DNA of 64,000 nucleotides from contig CAYUUX010000001.1 of the NCBI GenBank assembly GCA_964448085.1, positions 22,465 through 86,464 on the forward strand. Direction: 5' to 3'. Origin of the DNA: an uncultured Gammaproteobacteria bacterium. GTDB taxonomy: Bacteria; Patescibacteriota; Microgenomatia; UBA10105; UBA927. The notes under the pieces are model-generated. The model saw nothing but the letters and a program-made list of their open reading frames with translations. It searched no databases and was not told the origin of the DNA. Positions 59,504-64,000 of the stretch are shown piece by piece (the first letter of the stretch is position 1; the number at the start of each line of letters is the position of its first letter). A program made the position numbers and the translations under genes.

Positions 59504-60362
59504 TTTTTTTATGGATGGCAAGTAAAATCGGCGTTGCAACAAAAGGCGACGAATACGTACCCGTAATAGTACCGATAAGAAGCGCTACTGCAAACCACCG
59601 AACTGTTTCTCCTCCCAAAAGCACCAATGCCAAAAGCATGAATATGATCGTAAAGGAATTGATAAGTGACCGTCCCATCGTTTCGTTCAACGCAATATCG
59701 GATATATCAATTAAATTACCTTTAATATTCTTCTTTTTGTATTCTCTTATCCTGTCAAAAATGACGATCGTATCATGAACAGAAAAACTCATTGTCGTCA
59801 AAAAGGCAGTCATAAAGAGCGCATCGACTTCCGTTCCGAAAAAATGTCCGAAAAGAGAAAATGCTCCGAACACCACCAAAACATCGTGGATCAACGCAAT
59901 AATTGCAGCAAATCCGAATTGAATGTTTTTGAATGCGTATGCAACGTATAAAAGGATGGCGATGACAGCAAGACATGCTGCAACAAATGATTTTACGAGA
60001 AGTTCTTTGCCCAATATTGGCCCTACGGTATCTCGTTGGACGATGTCTATTTTTGTATCAGTTTTTTCTTCCAGAAACACTTCGAAAGCTTTTGTCTCTT
60101 CATCATCAAGCATTTGTGTTCGAATGGTGTATGCGTTATTACCTGACCGCTGAGTATTCACAATCGCATACGGCGATCCGCTTACACTACCAACGATAGT
60201 GTCCTGCGATATATCTTTATTAAAACGCATCTCTAGTCGGGTTCCTCCGGTAAAATCCACGGATGGACGAAGTCCAAATCGTATAAGGGAATAGATGCCG
60301 GGTATAAGCACCAATGACGATACTATAATATACACCCAGATATATTTACTGAAACGTATCAT
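59493..60362 (-). CDS. secF: protein translocase subunit SecF
   Basis: DFTGG, HDVL, SVHDTIVIFDRIRE, GTYSS. Confidence 0.96.
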   Translation of the reverse strand: MIRFSKYIWVYIIVSSLVLIPGIYSLIRFGLRPSVDFTGGTRLEMRFNKDISQDTIVGSVSGSPYAIVNTQRSGNNAYTIRTQMLDDEETKAFEVFLEEKTDTKIDIVQRDTVGPILGKELLVKSFVAACLAVIAILLYVAYAFKNIQFGFAAIIALIHDVLVVFGAFSLFGHFFGTEVDALFMTAFLTTMSFSVHDTIVIFDRIREYKKKNIKGNLIDISDIALNETMGRSLINSFTIIFMLLALVLLGGETVRWFAVALLIGTITGTYSSPFVATPILLAIHKKITK

Positions 60363-61735
60363 AATTTTTTCTCACTTTTTGGACCTTTGTACAATACACG
60401 CACGAACGTTCGTGTCACAACAATACCCGTAAATAAACTTGTCACTACACCCAAGAATAATGTCGCTGCAAAGCCGCGAACGAGTCCTGATGTCGGTAAA
60501 AACGACCAATTTCCAGGGTTAAACAAAATAATGGAGGTTATGATGGTAGTGAAATTTGCGTCCCGAATGCTTTCCCACGCTTTTCCAAATCCAAGCTCCA
60601 TAGCGATTTGCCATGATTTGCCACGACGAAGCTCTTCCCTATAGCGTGAAAAAATCAAAATATTACTGTCAACTGCCATACCAATGGAAAGAATAAACCC
60701 TGCGATTCCAGGAATTGTAAGCGTTACGGGAATCAGCCGGTATAAGGCAAGCGTAATCAAGCCATACATAACAAGCGCCAGATCCGCGAATACACCCAAC
60801 CATCCAAATTCCATAATCATGAATATCGCAACCATCACAAGACCGATAACTCCAGCCCGAATGCTTTTTTGTATGGATTCTGCACCTAGTGTTGCACCAA
60901 TGGTTCGTTGTTCCACTACTTTCACCGGAACAGGCAATGCGCCTGCGTTGAGTTGGATGGAAAGCTGTTTTGCCGAATCCACTGTAAAATTTCCGGTGAT
61001 CACTGCTTCACCGTCGGTAATTTCAGTGCTTACGGTTGGAGCGGTAACAATGACATCATCCAAAAAAATTGCAAGTGGCTTACCAACCAATCGTTTCGTC
61101 ACTTCGGCAAATTTTTTTGTTCCTTCCGGAGTAAATTGAATCCCCACCTCCGGTTCTCCTGTTTGTTGATTAAATTGAAGCATGGATTTTTTTAAATCCT
61201 TTCCAGAAATTCCAACTGCACGAGTATTCTCCAACGTCGGTACCATATATGCTGATTCCGAGGATTCTATCGTTTCGGGCATTTCTCGAAACTCCAATTG
61301 CGCGGTTTGCCCCACTAATGCAAGCGCCTCTTCCGTATTGGTTATACCCGGCAGCTCAACTATAATTCTGTATGTTTCTCCGCTAACAGCAGACTGTATC
61401 ACCGGTTCGGAAACACCAAAAAAATTCACCCGTCGCTCAATAACCTGTTTTGCTGATTCCAAGGAATCTTGTTTATCTGCGGCTTGTATGCTGGTCATAT
61501 CCGCTTCCAGCGTTACCTGCGTACCTCCGGCCAAATCCAACCCTAAATGCGTCTTCAAATCTTTTTGGATGTGTACCCCCAAGAGCTTTGTATCAATTGA
61601 AGGAGGATTGATTGTTATGGATTCATTCTTTCCCAAAAACGGTATGGGAATTGACATATGTTCCGGTAAATCAAGAATGACAAGAACAATAAAGAGAATA
61701 CAAAGATAAACAAACGTCCGTTTAGCGTGTTTCAT
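60359..61735 (-). CDS. secD: protein translocase subunit SecD
   Basis: LGLDLAGG, RIIVELPG, GALPVP, GMAVDSNI. Confidence 0.96.
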   Translation of the reverse strand: MKHAKRTFVYLCILFIVLVILDLPEHMSIPIPFLGKNESITINPPSIDTKLLGVHIQKDLKTHLGLDLAGGTQVTLEADMTSIQAADKQDSLESAKQVIERRVNFFGVSEPVIQSAVSGETYRIIVELPGITNTEEALALVGQTAQLEFREMPETIESSESAYMVPTLENTRAVGISGKDLKKSMLQFNQQTGEPEVGIQFTPEGTKKFAEVTKRLVGKPLAIFLDDVIVTAPTVSTEITDGEAVITGNFTVDSAKQLSIQLNAGALPVPVKVVEQRTIGATLGAESIQKSIRAGVIGLVMVAIFMIMEFGWLGVFADLALVMYGLITLALYRLIPVTLTIPGIAGFILSIGMAVDSNILIFSRYREELRRGKSWQIAMELGFGKAWESIRDANFTTIITSIILFNPGNWSFLPTSGLVRGFAATLFLGVVTSLFTGIVVTRTFVRVLYKGPKSEKKL

Positions 61736-61747
61736 AGAAAACAATGA

Positions 61748-62329
61748 TTACTCTACGAGTTCCTCTTCGTCACCGATAATCATCACGCGCGAGCCCGAGA
61801 GCACGGAGATGACAAATGGATCACGACGCCTTTTTCTAAATAAAAATTCCTCTTCAGACATAACCGTATAATTGAACTCACGTTCTCTGCGCACTTCTTC
61901 TGCTTTCACAAGTTGTGTTAGCTCCGGAAGAACAACATTCCCTACAATAAGAAGATCAATATCTGTGCTGCTTCTTCTTTGTAATCCCCGGATATACCTT
62001 CCCGACATCATAACAAATTTGAGTTTTCCCAGCTTCGCTTTATGCTTCAAAATATCAAACCCTATGCCTGACGTTTTTCCTATCAGCTCCAGCAATTCAT
62101 AATAAAGTGGGTACTCACGTCGGAAACCATAGAACAACCTGTTGGCACGTTGTTCCTTGGTAACCATTCCCGCTTCTTCCATATGCGCTAGTTCACGTCG
62201 TACCGCATTGATCTCTTCCCCAATTTTCCTTACGATATCACGAACATGAAATATTGCACCCGGGTGGCTCAAAAACAACTGCAACATCTTTACCCTGACG
62301 CGGGAGATAATAATATCTTCAAGTAACAT
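61748..62329 (-). CDS. winged-HTH plus nucleotidyltransferase-like domain protein
   Basis: HVRDIVR..EEINAVRREL HTH; SG...DIDLLIVG NTase-like motif. Confidence 0.7.
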   Translation of the reverse strand: MLLEDIIISRVRVKMLQLFLSHPGAIFHVRDIVRKIGEEINAVRRELAHMEEAGMVTKEQRANRLFYGFRREYPLYYELLELIGKTSGIGFDILKHKAKLGKLKFVMMSGRYIRGLQRRSSTDIDLLIVGNVVLPELTQLVKAEEVRREREFNYTVMSEEEFLFRKRRRDPFVISVLSGSRVMIIGDEEELVE

Positions 62330-62378
62330 ATCTCCTCCTTTGCCCAATCACCTATCTGACTGAGCTAAGGGCAGTATA

Positions 62379-63557
62379 TTAATAGGTCACGGATGTCCCG
62401 ATAGGAAGCATCTCAATCCAAATTTGACCTTTATTCAACAACACTTCTTTTCCGGCTTCATCTTTAAAGATAGTCCGAGCAGATCTGTCGAGTTTTTGCC
62501 ATGTAATCTTTGACACTTTTCCGTCGGAGAACAGTAAACCGGTACCAGATCCTATATTTCCATATAACAAATGCATATGGTCATCGACTGGACCGGTTTC
62601 CTTGGCAAACTGCACAATCACCGTCTTTGTCTGAAGCTGCTCGCCTGTTTCAAGATCAAGGTGCGCAACTCCTCCATTTTCCCGTTTATAAAAATTACTA
62701 GTCTTATCATATACCCACTTAACTCCATAATCTTTTTCATATCCCTTCCAGGCAACAAAACTAATACTTGTGGCATCTCCTCTTTCCGCTTCCTTTGTAT
62801 CATCCTTAAATTTCCATGACTGGAAGTTTTTATCCCATGCAATCCCCTTACTGTCTACATTCGTCCACCCTCTATCGGAGGCAAGTGTTATCAACTTATC
62901 CGTCTGACAAACCATTGTATGTTCCGTTGCCACAGTATGATCTAACCGATCATAATTTCTATAGCATGTGGGGAATGAAATACCAAATTGATCCATATCT
63001 TTAATGCGGTATTGATCAATCTGACACAACGCTTTTGCCCGTTCATCTACAGTATCGTCTTCACATCGACCGGCTCCTCCTACATGGTTATAAAGTGCAT
63101 CATATTCCAATACCCACGGAAGAAAATATGTTCGTGCACTTCTTACCGGAGCAAGACTCACATTTTCTGCTGCTATACCGCAATAAAAAACACCCATAAA
63201 ACGCGATATGCCACCCTCAGCTACGGCTTCGTATACAACATCCGCGTAGGAAATCCCCGATTGCGGTCGCGCTTCGGCATGATTTTCAATCATGACAGCA
63301 AGCGGTCTCCTTTTTTCCCACACTTCTCGTTCCTGTTTCGTATATAACTTCCCGTTCAGAGGGCATGCTTCGGTACGTGGTATTGCGGGATCGATAACGA
63401 AATGTTTTTTTTGTCCGTCAGTTGTCGATACTTTTAACGAACTACCCGTCGAAGATTCTTTTCCCATGATTGAGAACACTGCTGCGGACGCGCCTGTTGA
63501 AATAAGATATAACGCAATAGCAATGATGCTATACATGAGCAGATTTTGTTTTTTCAT
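62379..63557 (-). CDS. DUF3048-family exported protein
   Basis: RPLAVMIEN..ARPQSG..ADVVYE..EGGISR, PVRSAR. Confidence 0.88.
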   Translation of the reverse strand: MKKQNLLMYSIIAIALYLISTGASAAVFSIMGKESSTGSSLKVSTTDGQKKHFVIDPAIPRTEACPLNGKLYTKQEREVWEKRRPLAVMIENHAEARPQSGISYADVVYEAVAEGGISRFMGVFYCGIAAENVSLAPVRSARTYFLPWVLEYDALYNHVGGAGRCEDDTVDERAKALCQIDQYRIKDMDQFGISFPTCYRNYDRLDHTVATEHTMVCQTDKLITLASDRGWTNVDSKGIAWDKNFQSWKFKDDTKEAERGDATSISFVAWKGYEKDYGVKWVYDKTSNFYKRENGGVAHLDLETGEQLQTKTVIVQFAKETGPVDDHMHLLYGNIGSGTGLLFSDGKVSKITWQKLDRSARTIFKDEAGKEVLLNKGQIWIEMLPIGTSVTY

Positions 63558-63576
63558 ACCAACCGTCCTCCTTATG

Positions 63577-63999
63577 TCAGTTTACGGAATGTGATTTCTT
63601 AATTGCCTGCTGTTCTTCTTTCGATAGCTCCATCTCTTCACATTTTCCGCCTTTGATATGCTTAATATACCATCTATTCCCAGTTCTCGCATAGAGAGAG
63701 GTCATGACAAACCCATCATCCTTCCCATCTAGTATTGCGACTGTAAAACTTTGACTTCCCCCGGTATCGGAGAATGGATTGAAGCGCACTATACCAAAAC
63801 GTTGGTAATGATCCAAACCGTTTCTTTCAAGTTGTTTTTCCATTTCCTCAAGTTTTTGTATGCTCTTTTCTGCATGCTCTTGTTTTGCAAGAAGTGCCGT
63901 TAAAATATCGCGCAGGGTTGCCTTTGTTGTCCCCTGCGTTAAGGAGTTATAGTGGATTCCCATGCGAAAAACCACGTATGTCAAAATAACCAACCATAC
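63577..63999 (-). CDS. DUF4446-family protein (5' end outside the window)
   Basis: GIVRFNPFSDTGGSQSF..LD...G..SLYAR, LSKEE. Confidence 0.82.
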   Translation of the reverse strand, partial: VWLVILTYVVFRMGIHYNSLTQGTTKATLRDILTALLAKQEHAEKSIQKLEEMEKQLERNGLDHYQRFGIVRFNPFSDTGGSQSFTVAILDGKDDGFVMTSLYARTGNRWYIKHIKGGKCEEMELSKEEQQAIKKSHSVN

Positions 64000-64000
64000 G

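Noticed and set aside
1-64000. CRISPR arrays, IS elements, integrases, prophage, rRNA
   Set aside because: No regularly spaced repeats and no transposase, integrase, phage or rRNA signatures were seen

Overview
A gene-dense bacterial chromosome segment read in standard code 11 (prfB is present and TGA is used as stop). The compact, often shortened core genes and the many PT-linker surface proteins suggest a Candidate Phyla Radiation (Patescibacteria) genome, probably Microgenomates; this is inference, not a search result. Contents: t6A genes, ftsEX plus an M23 peptidase, prfB, ruvCAB, a MacAB-type ABC exporter, secA/secD/secF, serS/lysS/gltX/aspS, two greA genes, lon, an Rrf2-sufCBDSU-ferredoxin-2-oxoacid:ferredoxin oxidoreductase operon, oxidative-stress and DNA-repair genes, tRNA-Glu(CTC) and tRNA-Gln(CTG). 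No CRISPR array, transposase, integrase or rRNA was seen. Best candidates for new biology: (1) the M23 peptidase behind ftsEX has a circularly permuted catalytic domain with all zinc ligands kept; (2) an unannotated 22-aa leader peptide with mutually exclusive 1:2, 2:3 and 3:4 hairpins (a transcription attenuator) precedes a DnaJ-type Zn-finger / NSAR-OSBS / M20 operon; (3) many genes have a -10 box 6-8 nt before the ATG (leaderless), including two interlocked -10 boxes in a 14-bp divergent spacer; (4) clear cis-elements: a CIRCE at lon, a 12-bp palindrome at the Rrf2 start, and a terminator-like element in the greA leader. All calls come from reading motifs by eye; no database searches or folding programs were run.
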